Shown here: one piece after another, positions 1-9,793 of the stretch
Layout of the letters: the number at the start of each line of letters is the position of its first letter
Numbering within the stretch: the first letter of the stretch is position 1
Origin: an uncultured Pseudomonadota bacterium
GTDB taxonomy: Bacteria; SAR324; NAC60-12
Length of the DNA stretch: 55,678 nt
Assembly (NCBI GenBank): GCA_913020725.1
Contig: CAJWCD010000005.1
Coordinates: 1 to 55,678, forward strand
Direction: 5' to 3'
Notes under the pieces: generated by a model
What the model saw: the letters and a program-made list of their open reading frames with translations, nothing else
Databases searched by the model: none
What the model was told of the DNA's origin: nothing
Translations under genes and position numbers: made by a program

Positions 1-84
1 AATCAGCTATTCTCAGGAATCAACCCACCGGTTGCACTTACGAGTTGAATCCGCGGGGTTTATTTTATAGATTCAAAAAAGGAT

Positions 85-1248
85 ATGAAGTTGGAACATG
101 ATTTGATTTTGAAGGGGGGTCGAGTGATTGATCCCATGCAAGGTCTGGATGCGGTTCGGGACATTGCTTTCAACGGTGGCCGGGTTTCAGCGATCGCTGA
201 ATCACTAGACGAAATCTCAGCAAAACGAGTGGAGGATATTTCTAGAAAGATCCTCAGTCCCGGACTGCTTGACCTGCACACCCACGTATACTGGGGCGGG
301 ACAGGGCTTGGGGTAAAGGCAGAGCCTGTAGCCCGCCGGAGCGGCACCACGACCTTTATTGACGCTGGAAGTGCTGGTGCTGGAAATTATGCTGGTTTCC
401 AGAGTTTTATTGCCGATCCAACCCCTCTAAACATATACGGATTTCTTAATATCTCATTTGCTGGAATCTGCGGATTCAGCTGCACGACTCCAAATCTCTT
501 TCCTGAATGTGAGGATATTCGTCTGTTGGATACTGCAGAATGTGTCCGGACAGCACGAGAATATGCCCACAGCGTGGTTGGTATCAAGGTGCGCATCGGA
601 CGCTATGCAAGCGGAAACGCCGGGTTGATTCCGCTTCAGATCGCGCGGGAAGTCGCGGAGGAACTGAAGTTGCCACTGATGACTCATGTAGATTTTCCAC
701 CCCCCGATCGGGATGATGTGCTAAATATTTTGCGTCCTGGTGACATCTTGACTCACTGCTTCCGGCCCTTTCCAAATGCACCGGTCGATGGCCAAGGAAG
801 TATACGTGAGTCGGTTAGGAAAGCGCGTGAGCGAGGAGTTTACTTCGACCTCGGACATGGTGCAGGGTCACTGTCCTTTAAAGTTAGCAGACAAATGCTT
901 GAGCAGAATTTCCTGCCGGATACTATAAGCAGCGACGTTCATCAAGCTAGCATCAATGGACCTGCCTTCGACAACTTGGTGACCATGTCCAAATTCCTCT
1001 GTCTGGGCATGCCCCTCGATCAAGTGATTTGTGCCTCGACTGCTACTCCAGCCAAAGCGATCGGTCGAACTGACCTGGGCACACTTGAGGTTGGGGCCCA
1101 AGGGGATGCGGTTGTTCTAAACATTGAAGACGGAGAGTTTGAGTACCACGATGTTACTGGAGACACATTTACAGGAAAACAAAGGCTCGTTGCAGAAAAG
1201 GTGATACTTCAAGGTGAAATCTGGCACGAGCAAGGGTCTGGTCAGTAA
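85..1248 (+). CDS. Amidohydrolase/deacetylase family metallohydrolase (dihydroorotase-like superfamily)
   Basis: N-terminal 'LILKGGRVIDP', HxH motif 'DLHTH', 'GTTTFIDAGSAG', Lys in 'GIKVR', 'MTH', 'LTHCF', Asp in 'ISSD', 'GTLEVGAQGD'. Confidence 0.85.
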   Translation: MKLEHDLILKGGRVIDPMQGLDAVRDIAFNGGRVSAIAESLDEISAKRVEDISRKILSPGLLDLHTHVYWGGTGLGVKAEPVARRSGTTTFIDAGSAGAGNYAGFQSFIADPTPLNIYGFLNISFAGICGFSCTTPNLFPECEDIRLLDTAECVRTAREYAHSVVGIKVRIGRYASGNAGLIPLQIAREVAEELKLPLMTHVDFPPPDRDDVLNILRPGDILTHCFRPFPNAPVDGQGSIRESVRKARERGVYFDLGHGAGSLSFKVSRQMLEQNFLPDTISSDVHQASINGPAFDNLVTMSKFLCLGMPLDQVICASTATPAKAIGRTDLGTLEVGAQGDAVVLNIEDGEFEYHDVTGDTFTGKQRLVAEKVILQGEIWHEQGSGQ

Positions 1249-1466
1249 AGGAACCCCTTAAAGATCAGGGCCGGCAAGGCACTTCGCTGGTTGGCAATCT
1301 GCGTCTGCAAAAAACCAACAAATTCTTTGGAATGGGTTGCTGGCTTTTTGTCGGACATGGACTAGAATGGGATTTGACCGACAATTCTCAGGTGTTGCGG
1401 TTACTGGAAAGGCAAGACTTGAATCCTGATGTTCAACTATATAATTTTTAATTTTTATAAAAAACA

Positions 1467-2690
1467 ATGACTTGGAATGTAAATGCAGACCGTCTTTGGG
1501 ATTCCCTGATGGAAATGGCGAAAGTCGGACCAGGAACTCAGGGAGGGAGCCGTAGACTCGCCCTTACTGACGAGGATGTTGCAGGCCGCAACCTCTTCCG
1601 GCATTGGGCCGGGGATGCCGGCTGCGCCTTGCGGCTGGATACGATGGGGAATCTCTTCGCCCGAAGGGAAGGCAAGCACCCAAACGCAGCGCCGGTGCTG
1701 TCCGGAAGCCATCTGGACACGCAGCCCTCCGGAGGTCGCTTTGACGGCATCCTTGGTGTACTGGGGGCACTGGAAGTAGTGCGTTCCCTCAACGATCATG
1801 GAGTGGAAACCGAAGCCCCATTTGAGGTAGTGGTCTGGACCAACGAGGAAGGTGCGCGCTTTCCACCTTCAATGATGGGATCTGGGGTGTTTGCAGGCAT
1901 CCTCGACCAAACCGAGATTTACTCGCACACCGACCCAGACGGTATCACGGTTGAGTCCGAACTACACCGGACTGGAGAATTGGGCAAAACCCCGTGTAAG
2001 GCATTTCCTATCAAAGCCTACTATGAACTGCACATTGAGCAGGGCCCGGTGCTGGAGGTGGAGAACACAATGATTGGAGTGGTCACGGGGGGACAGGGCT
2101 TATACTGGAAGCATATCACTTTGTGTGGACAGGACTCCCACGCGGGCACAACGCCGATGGCCTACCGCAAGGATGCACTGATGGGTGCTTCACGCATAAT
2201 TACTGGACTCCGTGAAATCATCCACAAACACTCAGGTTCAGTCTGTACAGTCGGTCGTTTGGAAACGATACCCGCATCCATCAACACAGTTCCTGGAGAA
2301 GTGTTCTTTACCGTGGACATCCGGCATCCTGATGATGCTACCCTTGAAGGCATCCACAATCAATTACTAGGCCTAGTGGATTCAGTCTGTAGGCAAGAGG
2401 GACTGTCAGTGAACTTCGACAACACCTGGAAAACACCCGCTGTAAATTTCCACGAGGATTGTATAGCCAAGGTACAAAGAGCTGCTCAGGATTTAGGTTT
2501 CAGCCATCGTGACATCGTATCCGGGGCCGGCCATGACGCTTGCCACGTCACCCACATCGCACCGACCGGGATGATCTTCATCCCCTGCGAAAATGGACTG
2601 AGCCACAACGAGGCCGAAAACACGACTCCGGAACAGGTTGCCGCCGGAGCTGATGTGCTGCTAAAAGCTGTTATGGCAAGTTCTGGCTGA
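1467..2690 (+). CDS. Zn-dependent M20-family hydrolase (N-carbamoyl-L-amino acid amidohydrolase / beta-ureidopropionase)
   Basis: 'GSHLDTQPSGGRFDG', 'WTNEEGARF', 'ELHIEQGPVLE', 'HAGTTPM', 'SGAGHDA', 'SHNEAE'. Confidence 0.9.
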   Translation: MTWNVNADRLWDSLMEMAKVGPGTQGGSRRLALTDEDVAGRNLFRHWAGDAGCALRLDTMGNLFARREGKHPNAAPVLSGSHLDTQPSGGRFDGILGVLGALEVVRSLNDHGVETEAPFEVVVWTNEEGARFPPSMMGSGVFAGILDQTEIYSHTDPDGITVESELHRTGELGKTPCKAFPIKAYYELHIEQGPVLEVENTMIGVVTGGQGLYWKHITLCGQDSHAGTTPMAYRKDALMGASRIITGLREIIHKHSGSVCTVGRLETIPASINTVPGEVFFTVDIRHPDDATLEGIHNQLLGLVDSVCRQEGLSVNFDNTWKTPAVNFHEDCIAKVQRAAQDLGFSHRDIVSGAGHDACHVTHIAPTGMIFIPCENGLSHNEAENTTPEQVAAGADVLLKAVMASSG

Positions 2691-2696
2691 CTTACC

Positions 2697-3725
2697 TCAT
2701 GTTGGAGTGTTGACCGGACGCCCAGTGATGGGATACTTGGGATCATTGTAGCCTGGAGTAGAGGGATGTCCCGCGGGCACAAGCGAGTTGAGGAGATCTT
2801 CATCCTCCTTGGTGAAGTCTGCGTCAAAAGCGGCGATGTAGGATTCCCATTGCTCAAAGGTACGAGGTCCAGCAATCACGCTTGTAACATTTCGGTTATT
2901 CAGCAGCCAAAGCAAGGCATAGGCAACCATGCTAGTGCCACGCTCACAGGTGTGTTTCATTAGGCGTTCGGTAATACGCAGTGATTCCTCGCGGAACTCA
3001 GTGGACATAATGCGGGCATCATTGCGTCCAGCTCGACTTCCCGGCTCCGGTGCCTGATCTACCCGGTATTTCCCCGTCAACACTCCGCGGGCCAATGGGG
3101 AGTAAGGAACAACACCAATTCCGTAGTATTCACATGCGGGCAGAATTTCCACCTCGGGCATGCGGTTGAGGGCGTTGTAGTAGGGCTGACAAACGATGGG
3201 TCGAGGGACGCTGAGCAAATCGCACTGCCGAGCCAGTTCAGCTATTTGCCATGCCTGAAAATTGGAGATGCCCCAGTAACGAATTTTTCCAGATTGGATG
3301 GCTTGTCCAATAGTCAGCACAGTTTCCTCTAGTGGCGTTTCGTGATCTGCCAGATGGAGGTACCAAATGTCAATCCATTCGGTTCCCAAACGCATTAGGC
3401 TGTCCTCCAGAGCCTGCATCATCCATCTTCGGCTTAGGCCTTGCTTCAAACCTGTGCCGCTCATTGGATTTCCCGCCTTGCTTGCAAGGATCCAGTCCTG
3501 ACGACGTTCTTGGATGGCTTGCCCCACGATCTCTTCTGAAAGTCCTTTGTGGTAAACATCGGCGGTGTCCACAAAATTCACGCTGTGGTCAAACGCATGA
3601 TCCAATATGCGGCGGGCGTCAGTTGCAGGGGTTTCAACACCAAACATCATGGTGCCCACACAAAGGGGAGGCACTTTCAATCCGGAGTAGCCAAGGCTGC
3701 ATCGTTTGTTGAGATCAATTTGCAT
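2697..3725 (-). CDS. Aldo/keto reductase
   Basis: 'GTMMFG', 'DTADVY', 'LASK', 'SLMRLGTEWIDIWYLH', 'GKIRYWGISN', 'YSPLARGVLTGKY'. Confidence 0.92.
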   Translation of the reverse strand: MQIDLNKRCSLGYSGLKVPPLCVGTMMFGVETPATDARRILDHAFDHSVNFVDTADVYHKGLSEEIVGQAIQERRQDWILASKAGNPMSGTGLKQGLSRRWMMQALEDSLMRLGTEWIDIWYLHLADHETPLEETVLTIGQAIQSGKIRYWGISNFQAWQIAELARQCDLLSVPRPIVCQPYYNALNRMPEVEILPACEYYGIGVVPYSPLARGVLTGKYRVDQAPEPGSRAGRNDARIMSTEFREESLRITERLMKHTCERGTSMVAYALLWLLNNRNVTSVIAGPRTFEQWESYIAAFDADFTKEDEDLLNSLVPAGHPSTPGYNDPKYPITGRPVNTPT

Positions 3726-3732
3726 GAGCGTT

Positions 3733-4626
3733 TTATACTGGTGAGTTGGTTGTCAAAGACGATTTTTCGGAAGAAGAAGGTTTTCGCAATGAAAGGATTG
3801 CGTTAAAAATCAGGGCTACAAGTACAAGTCCACCTCCGACGAAGGTCACGCGCGAGGGCACCTCGTTGAGAAACACCCAAACCCACAGCGGCCCTAGCAC
3901 CGTTTCGAGCAGCATGATGAGTCCGACTTCCGGAGCCGGAAGGTAGCGTGGAGCAAGGTTGATCGCGGCAAAAGCAATCGGCTGCACCACAAACCCCATC
4001 AACGCCAGCAGCCAATAGTCTGAAACTGGAACCTCGAAGGGGTCGGTGACGAAGAGCATCACCACCGCCGCGAGTACCCCACCAATACCGATGGTCGGCA
4101 CAAAGTTGAGCGTCTTCGCCTTGCGGATCAGCACGAACTGCACCGCCAGCGTCAGTGCGGTCAGAAACGCGAAGAACTCTCCGAACCAACTGCCTCCGGC
4201 AATGCCTTCCGCGAAAATCACAGCGATTCCGGCTCCTGCAATGGCGATGGAGACCCAAGTCCGTAGCGGCACCGCCTCTCGCAACACGAGCAGGCTCAAC
4301 AGAGCACTAAGCAGCGGTAATGAACTGAGGATGAGCAGGGCATTGGCGACGGCGGTTGCCTTGATCGCAAGGTTGAAACTCAACGAGCCGAAGGCGTAAA
4401 GCAGGGTCATTCCAACCCCGTACCAGCCCAGCCCCCGGAGCATGCGTCCAAAATTTCCGCGTTCTCTGATTGCGAAAAAGCCGAGCAGGACGATTCCCAC
4501 CAAAATTCCACGCCAAAAAGTCACCATCCAAGCGTCGCCATGGATCATGCGGATGATCAAGGCGTCCGGAGTCAGCACCAGAATGCCGCCGACTCCAATC
4601 AGTAGCCCCTTGGCGTGGTCCGTCAC
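3733..4626 (-). CDS. DMT/EamA family transporter
   Basis: About 10 hydrophobic segments in two repeats; 'APEVGLIMLLETVLGPLWVW...EVP'. Confidence 0.88.
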   Translation of the reverse strand: MTDHAKGLLIGVGGILVLTPDALIIRMIHGDAWMVTFWRGILVGIVLLGFFAIRERGNFGRMLRGLGWYGVGMTLLYAFGSLSFNLAIKATAVANALLILSSLPLLSALLSLLVLREAVPLRTWVSIAIAGAGIAVIFAEGIAGGSWFGEFFAFLTALTLAVQFVLIRKAKTLNFVPTIGIGGVLAAVVMLFVTDPFEVPVSDYWLLALMGFVVQPIAFAAINLAPRYLPAPEVGLIMLLETVLGPLWVWVFLNEVPSRVTFVGGGLVLVALIFNAILSLRKPSSSEKSSLTTNSPV

Positions 4627-4725
4627 AAGTTGTTCAAAAAATGGGTTTTTCGTGGTTTGTTTAAGCCGACATGGTAGGCTGAATTCCTACGAGACGCAAT
4701 CCATTCCACTGACTATTTCCTTGCA

Positions 4726-5862
4726 ATGCTAGTCATCCTGCACCCCGACACCGACGAATCCTCCGAGGACTTCAAACAAACCCTGAGTCATCTCAAACAC
4801 CTGCCCAACATGCGGCTCCGGACCCATCATGTCCAAGGGCGCGGGCAGCGCCTCACGGAAATCTACCTACTCGGCAACACCACTGCGGTCAGTTTGGAGG
4901 AAGTTGAAGCCTTGCCCTCGGTCGAAAAGGTCATCCGCATTTCCCACGAATTCCGGGTGTTGGGGCGACATGCTGAGGATACACCCTCGCTCGATTTCGA
5001 GTACAACGGGGTGCGCTTTAACCAGAGCGAGTTTCATTTGTTTGCGGGGCTTTGTGCAGTGGACAGCCCCAAGAATGTCGAACGTATGATGCAAGTGTTG
5101 CAGGAACACGGACAGGTTTGCACACGCATGGGAGCCTACAAGCCGCGCACGAGTCCCTATGCGTTTCAGGGGCACGGTCAGGACTGCCTGTCCTATGTTT
5201 TTGAGTTGGCGGGCAAGTACGGAATCAAGGTTGTGGCGATGGAGGTCACGCACGACAGCCACATTGAGGAAATTGACTCGGTGCTGGAAAAGCTGGGGCG
5301 CCCTACTGGAGTGATGCTTCAGATCGGTACGCGCAACACGCAGAATTTCGAGTTGCTCAAAGCCATCGGACGGCAGCGCACTTATCCGGCATTGCTGAAA
5401 CGCGGCTTCGGAATTTCGCTGATCGAATCCCTCAATGCAGCGGAGTACCTCGCCAGCGAGGGCAACTCGAACATCATCTTCTGCTTGCGAGGTATGAAAA
5501 CCGGATTCGGCGCACCACACCGCAACATGGTGGATTTTCCGCATGTTCCAGTGGTCAAACGCCTCACGCGTATGCCTGTCTGCATTGACCCCTCCCACTC
5601 GGTCGGCACACGAGAAACTTCTCCGGACGGCATCCCCGATATCTTTCACGCGACCGCCCAAGGCATCGTCTCTGGTGCAAACATGGTGCTGGTGGACTTC
5701 CACCCCAAACCTGACGAAGCGCTGGTGGACGGTCCCCAAGCCCTGCGCATGGAAGAACTTCCGTACTTTCTTGAAGATGTACAGGTCGCCCGTGACGCTT
5801 ATGCCCAACGGGCAGACATCGCCCGTCGTATGCAGTCTGCTTCCGGGTCTGCTGAGAGCTAG
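4726..5862 (+). CDS. 3-deoxy-7-phosphoheptulonate (DAHP) synthase, class I-beta, with N-terminal regulatory domain
   Basis: 'AGLCAVD', 'GAYKPRTSPYAFQG', 'QIGTRNTQNF', 'LLKRG', 'DPSHS', 'DFHPKPDEALVDGPQAL'. Confidence 0.88.
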   Translation: MLVILHPDTDESSEDFKQTLSHLKHLPNMRLRTHHVQGRGQRLTEIYLLGNTTAVSLEEVEALPSVEKVIRISHEFRVLGRHAEDTPSLDFEYNGVRFNQSEFHLFAGLCAVDSPKNVERMMQVLQEHGQVCTRMGAYKPRTSPYAFQGHGQDCLSYVFELAGKYGIKVVAMEVTHDSHIEEIDSVLEKLGRPTGVMLQIGTRNTQNFELLKAIGRQRTYPALLKRGFGISLIESLNAAEYLASEGNSNIIFCLRGMKTGFGAPHRNMVDFPHVPVVKRLTRMPVCIDPSHSVGTRETSPDGIPDIFHATAQGIVSGANMVLVDFHPKPDEALVDGPQALRMEELPYFLEDVQVARDAYAQRADIARRMQSASGSAES

Positions 5863-5959
5863 GATTTAAAGCAACGCTGCTCCACTGGAAAAGGCGAAGA
5901 TCGTTTTACCGCCACTGGGCATGGATTTGAATTCCCAGAAAATGCTTGAGTGACGCCGT

Positions 5960-7639
5960 TCATGCTTGCACCTCCTGAATGAGCATCTGCACACTCCGCC
6001 GCCCCCGGTATTCATTGAAACCGAGGGTCACGGCAAGTTGCGAGGGGGGTTGCTGCTCAAACGCCTCCGCGAGGTTCCACCCGATAATATCCACCGAACC
6101 ATTGAGTTTCCACTTCACATGCCGCTCCTTCATGGTCTGGAACTCATGATCAGGAGCCTGCACCACAAAGAACGGTTCCGGATTGCCCTCGCCAAAAGGT
6201 TGTAGCCACTCAAGTTGTTCGACCAACTGATCCGAAATCGCGGAATCATCCAATGCCCCTTCAATTTCCAGTTTTGGCGTGGGGAGTTCCGGAAGTGTCG
6301 CCCGGCAAAAAGCTTCAAATCGTGCGGAAAATTCATCGAGCCGAGCAAGGGAAAGGGAACACCCTGCCGCCGCCGCATGTCCTCCGAAGCGGTCCAGCAG
6401 GTCCGCACAACTTTCCAACGCCTGCTTGACATGAAGTTCCGGGATTGAACGCGCCGAGCCTTTGAGGGAATCTCCGTTCTGGCTGAGAATGATCGTCGGC
6501 TTGTGGTAGCGGTCCACGAGCCGCGCTGCGACAATGCCGTTCACGCCCTCGTGGAACTCCGGATGTGTGATCACGAAGCTGTGCCGATCCCTTTGCGTGG
6601 CAGCAATCCGGAACGCGGCTTCGCGCATTTCAGCCTCGACGCTACGGCGCTCCTCGTTGGTGCGGTTGAGTTCCGCGACAATGATCCGGGCGCTTTCGTC
6701 ATCTTGACAGCGCAAAAGCTCAACTCCGAGCGAGGCATCCTTGAGTCGCCCCGAAGCATTGAGCAACGGGGCAAACTGAAAGCCCACCGTGCGTGCCACC
6801 ACCTTGTCGGTTTTGCGGAGGCTGCGCATTGCCGTGACCCCTGGGCGCGGCTTGCTGTTCATCACCTGTAAACCGAACTGGACCATGATCCGGTTCTCGT
6901 CCACGAGCGGAACCACATCTGCGATGGTGCCCAACGCGGCAAGGTCCATGCTGTCGAGCAGGTTGGGTTCAGGACGATCCGTCGTCCACCAGCCCTGCTC
7001 GCGCAAGACCTTCCGGACTCCAAGGGCAAGCTTGAGTGCAACACCGCAGCCGGAAAGTTTCTTGAAAGGATAGGGGCACTCCGGATGGTTGGGGTTCACC
7101 ACGATCCCGCCCGACAGTTCAGCTCCGGGCAGGTGATGGTCTGTGATCACAGTGGTGATCCCGGACGCCTGCAATTGCTCCACTTCCGCTGCTGCCGTGA
7201 TGCCATTATCGACCGTGATCACCACCTCCGGGTTCATCGAAAGCAGCACCTCGGCACTTTTAGCGGTCAGGCCATAGCCGTGCTCCAAGCGGTTCGGAAT
7301 GAAGAAATCGAGGTTTTTGCAGCCACACGCCTCGAAAAACTCCAACAGCAGCGTGGTGCCTGTGATGCCGTCCACATCGTAGTCTCCCAAAATGACGATG
7401 CGTCGTGCGGATTTGAGGGCGTCAATGACGATCTGCACGGCTTCTGCCATGTGCCGCAACTCGAAGGGATTGCGAAGCCCTGCGAGCTTAACTTGAAGAA
7501 ATCTATGCACATCCTCTGGAGTTTCGTAACCCCTGCGGTGCAGGATGCCCGCGACCAGAGGGTGCAGCCCACACTCCCGAACCAGCGGCTCCAGCACCCA
7601 AGCAGGCGGCGGCGTAGCCTGCACCCACTCCTTGAACAT
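5960..7639 (-). CDS. recJ: Single-stranded DNA-specific exonuclease RecJ
   Basis: DHH motifs 'GDYDVDG', 'TVDNG', 'TDHH', 'LSGCGVA', 'GTIADVVPL', 'GSARS', 'FGGHAAAAG', 'PFGEGNPEP'. Confidence 0.96.
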   Translation of the reverse strand: MFKEWVQATPPPAWVLEPLVRECGLHPLVAGILHRRGYETPEDVHRFLQVKLAGLRNPFELRHMAEAVQIVIDALKSARRIVILGDYDVDGITGTTLLLEFFEACGCKNLDFFIPNRLEHGYGLTAKSAEVLLSMNPEVVITVDNGITAAAEVEQLQASGITTVITDHHLPGAELSGGIVVNPNHPECPYPFKKLSGCGVALKLALGVRKVLREQGWWTTDRPEPNLLDSMDLAALGTIADVVPLVDENRIMVQFGLQVMNSKPRPGVTAMRSLRKTDKVVARTVGFQFAPLLNASGRLKDASLGVELLRCQDDESARIIVAELNRTNEERRSVEAEMREAAFRIAATQRDRHSFVITHPEFHEGVNGIVAARLVDRYHKPTIILSQNGDSLKGSARSIPELHVKQALESCADLLDRFGGHAAAAGCSLSLARLDEFSARFEAFCRATLPELPTPKLEIEGALDDSAISDQLVEQLEWLQPFGEGNPEPFFVVQAPDHEFQTMKERHVKWKLNGSVDIIGWNLAEAFEQQPPSQLAVTLGFNEYRGRRSVQMLIQEVQA

Positions 7640-8385
7640 TATGAGGCCAAACTCTGTGGGGCCGAAGCAGATTTTATGGCTGGCGACTCATCTGATCTTT
7701 TGCCTTTTGCCTTCTGCCTTCTGCCTTCGTTTGCCACATCCCGTCCAATTTCTAGGGCAGACAAGTCTTTGGCAAACCCTTCCTGTTGGAGGTAGTGCAG
7801 CATTTCCACACAAATCCACGCATCGGTGGCCGCATAGGTGCGTTGAGCGGTGTCTAACTCGGAGCGTTCCCAGTTGGAGAGCTGCGCCTTTTTTGAGATG
7901 CGGACCTTGAGCAAAATAGCAGCGAGGTTCCGGAGTCCCACCGTGACAATGCCAAGCTGCCGCCCCACTTCTGAGAGGTCCACGAAGCCCTGCGGATTGA
8001 ACTCGTTGAGACGCCGCAACGCACGAATGTCATCCCGGAGGGCGACTCCGATTTTGATCGAGTGTGGGGAGGCGAGCAGCCTTTGCAGATAATCCGGAAG
8101 GCTAAGATGATTCAGTCGGAAGAGGAAGCACTCATCTCGAGTGGCCAGTTGCAAGAGTGCCACTTCGTACTCCTCGCCCTTGCGGAACGAGGGGCGAGTT
8201 TCCGTGTCAAACCCAAGCACGGGTTCACGCAGCAGCCGCCGCGCCACCCGCCGGGCTTCCTTGGAATCGGTCAGGACTTGGATCGGTCCCTCAAAGGCCA
8301 AGAGGGGCAAATCGTGGATCACCTCCTTTGAGATGCGCTCGGGAAACTTGCTCGGAAGAGGGGATGGGTGTGAATTGGGTTGCAA
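7639..8385 (-). CDS. 3'-5' exonuclease (RNase D/WRN-type DEDDy domain)
   Basis: 'LGFDTET', 'ALLQLAT', 'QLSNWE...YAATDAW'; its stop overlaps the recJ start. Confidence 0.9.
   Translation of the reverse strand: MQPNSHPSPLPSKFPERISKEVIHDLPLLAFEGPIQVLTDSKEARRVARRLLREPVLGFDTETRPSFRKGEEYEVALLQLATRDECFLFRLNHLSLPDYLQRLLASPHSIKIGVALRDDIRALRRLNEFNPQGFVDLSEVGRQLGIVTVGLRNLAAILLKVRISKKAQLSNWERSELDTAQRTYAATDAWICVEMLHYLQQEGFAKDLSALEIGRDVANEGRRQKAKGKRSDESPAIKSASAPQSLAS
7698..7728. repeat. Tandem heptamer repeat TT(T/C)TGCC x4
   Basis: TTTTGCC TTTTGCC TTCTGCC TTCTGCC read directly; encodes 'GRRQKAKGKR' in the exonuclease tail. Confidence 0.8.
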
Positions 8386-8426
8386 CGTGAGGATGGCAGA
8401 CTATGGTGCAGTGAGTTAAAGATCGG

Positions 8427-9068
8427 TCACAATTCGGGCTGTGGCAGGTCGCGGAGTGCTGCGCTAATGGTCGCTCCAGAAAAGCCCTGCTGGTGCAACT
8501 TGCTCCAGAGGCTTTGCGGGTTGACCGTTTTGCTACGACGCAGAATCCGCTCCTTGGCTCGTTCAGCTTTTTCGAGCCACAAGTGTGGACTATCGTACTC
8601 GTGTAGCAACGATTCTGCAAGTTCCCGGCTAATTCCGCGTTGCTGAAGCTCTGCGAGTAGCCGGTAAGGACCATGATCCCGGTTGGCAATTCTGGATTCC
8701 AGAAAGCGCTGGGCAAAGCGTTCATCGCTCAGGTAGCCGCGCTCTTCCAGCAGGACGAGACACTCGTCAATGGCCTTGGGATCCTGAAAACGCTGGCGCA
8801 GTTTCTGGCGCAACTCCCATGACGAATGTTCCCGATTTGCCAACAGTTCCAGTGCTTTGCTGCGTACACGAAACCTGCCCTCTGCCACAGCAAGTGCTTT
8901 CGCTTGCTCTGCATCCAGAGCAACCGCTGTGGGCAGGTCCAATGCGCTCCACGCCTCCCAGTCGAGACGAACGGTCGCACCCGAACGGAGTTCGAGTGCA
9001 ATCTCGCCCGAGGGCAGCATGCGGATTTGCTCAACGATCACTCCTGCTTCAATTGTCGTCACTGCCAT
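8427..9068 (-). CDS. recX: Regulatory protein RecX
   Basis: 'KALELLANREHSSWELRQKL', 'GYLSDERFA', 'GPYRLLAELQQRGI', 'QQGFS'; start codon uncertain. Confidence 0.88.
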   Translation of the reverse strand: MAVTTIEAGVIVEQIRMLPSGEIALELRSGATVRLDWEAWSALDLPTAVALDAEQAKALAVAEGRFRVRSKALELLANREHSSWELRQKLRQRFQDPKAIDECLVLLEERGYLSDERFAQRFLESRIANRDHGPYRLLAELQQRGISRELAESLLHEYDSPHLWLEKAERAKERILRRSKTVNPQSLWSKLHQQGFSGATISAALRDLPQPEL

Positions 9069-9780
9069 GCGCTTCCGTCCTCAAAATCTACGAGAAACCG
9101 ATCCTGTAACTTTTGACCGCTTGGTCCAGAATAACCCCTATCTGGCTAAAGTTCACGACTATCCCGAACTGCTGCTGCCCTATCCAACTCCGGAGCAGTT
9201 CCAAGCACTCTGGAAGCCAAAAGCGAAAGCGGTTCAACGTGTCCACCTCGAAATCGGCTGCGGGTCCGGACGCTACCTCAGCCAATGGGCGGCCCATTTT
9301 CCTGAAGATGCCTTTCTCGGATTTGAACTGCGTTTCAAGCGCATCACTCTTGCCGCCAAAAAGCTCCAACGAAATGAGCAATCGAACGCGCTTCTGCTCC
9401 GGGAGCGTGGGGAGTTTTTTGACGACTACCTCCAGCCGGGCACACTCGATGTCCTGCACGTCAACTTTCCGGACCCCTGGCCCAAGCAAGGCCATGCCAA
9501 GCATCGTTTGTTGAGTCAGGAATTTCTCACACGCCTGCACCCCTACTTTCATCCCAAGGGAGAGGTGCGTTTCAAAACGGATCACCTCGACTACTTCGAC
9601 TGGGTTTCTGAAACCTTCGCGTCCCTTCCGAGGTACCACGTCACTGCTCACACCCGTCACCTCCAAGCCAGTCCTCATGCCGAGGGCAACACTGCCACCG
9701 AATTCGAACTGCTGTTCCGCTCCAAAGGGGACCCGCCAATTGGGTTTCTGATTGCGGAGGTGGAACCTGAGCAAGGCTGA
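9067..9780 (+). CDS. trmB: tRNA (guanine-N7)-methyltransferase
   Basis: 'HLEIGCGSG', 'LGFE', 'NFPDPWPK', 'FKTD', 'TEFE'; ATG 9067 chosen within track ORF 8857-9780. Confidence 0.92.
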   Translation: MRFRPQNLRETDPVTFDRLVQNNPYLAKVHDYPELLLPYPTPEQFQALWKPKAKAVQRVHLEIGCGSGRYLSQWAAHFPEDAFLGFELRFKRITLAAKKLQRNEQSNALLLRERGEFFDDYLQPGTLDVLHVNFPDPWPKQGHAKHRLLSQEFLTRLHPYFHPKGEVRFKTDHLDYFDWVSETFASLPRYHVTAHTRHLQASPHAEGNTATEFELLFRSKGDPPIGFLIAEVEPEQG

Positions 9781-9793
9781 GTTTTTCAAACTC

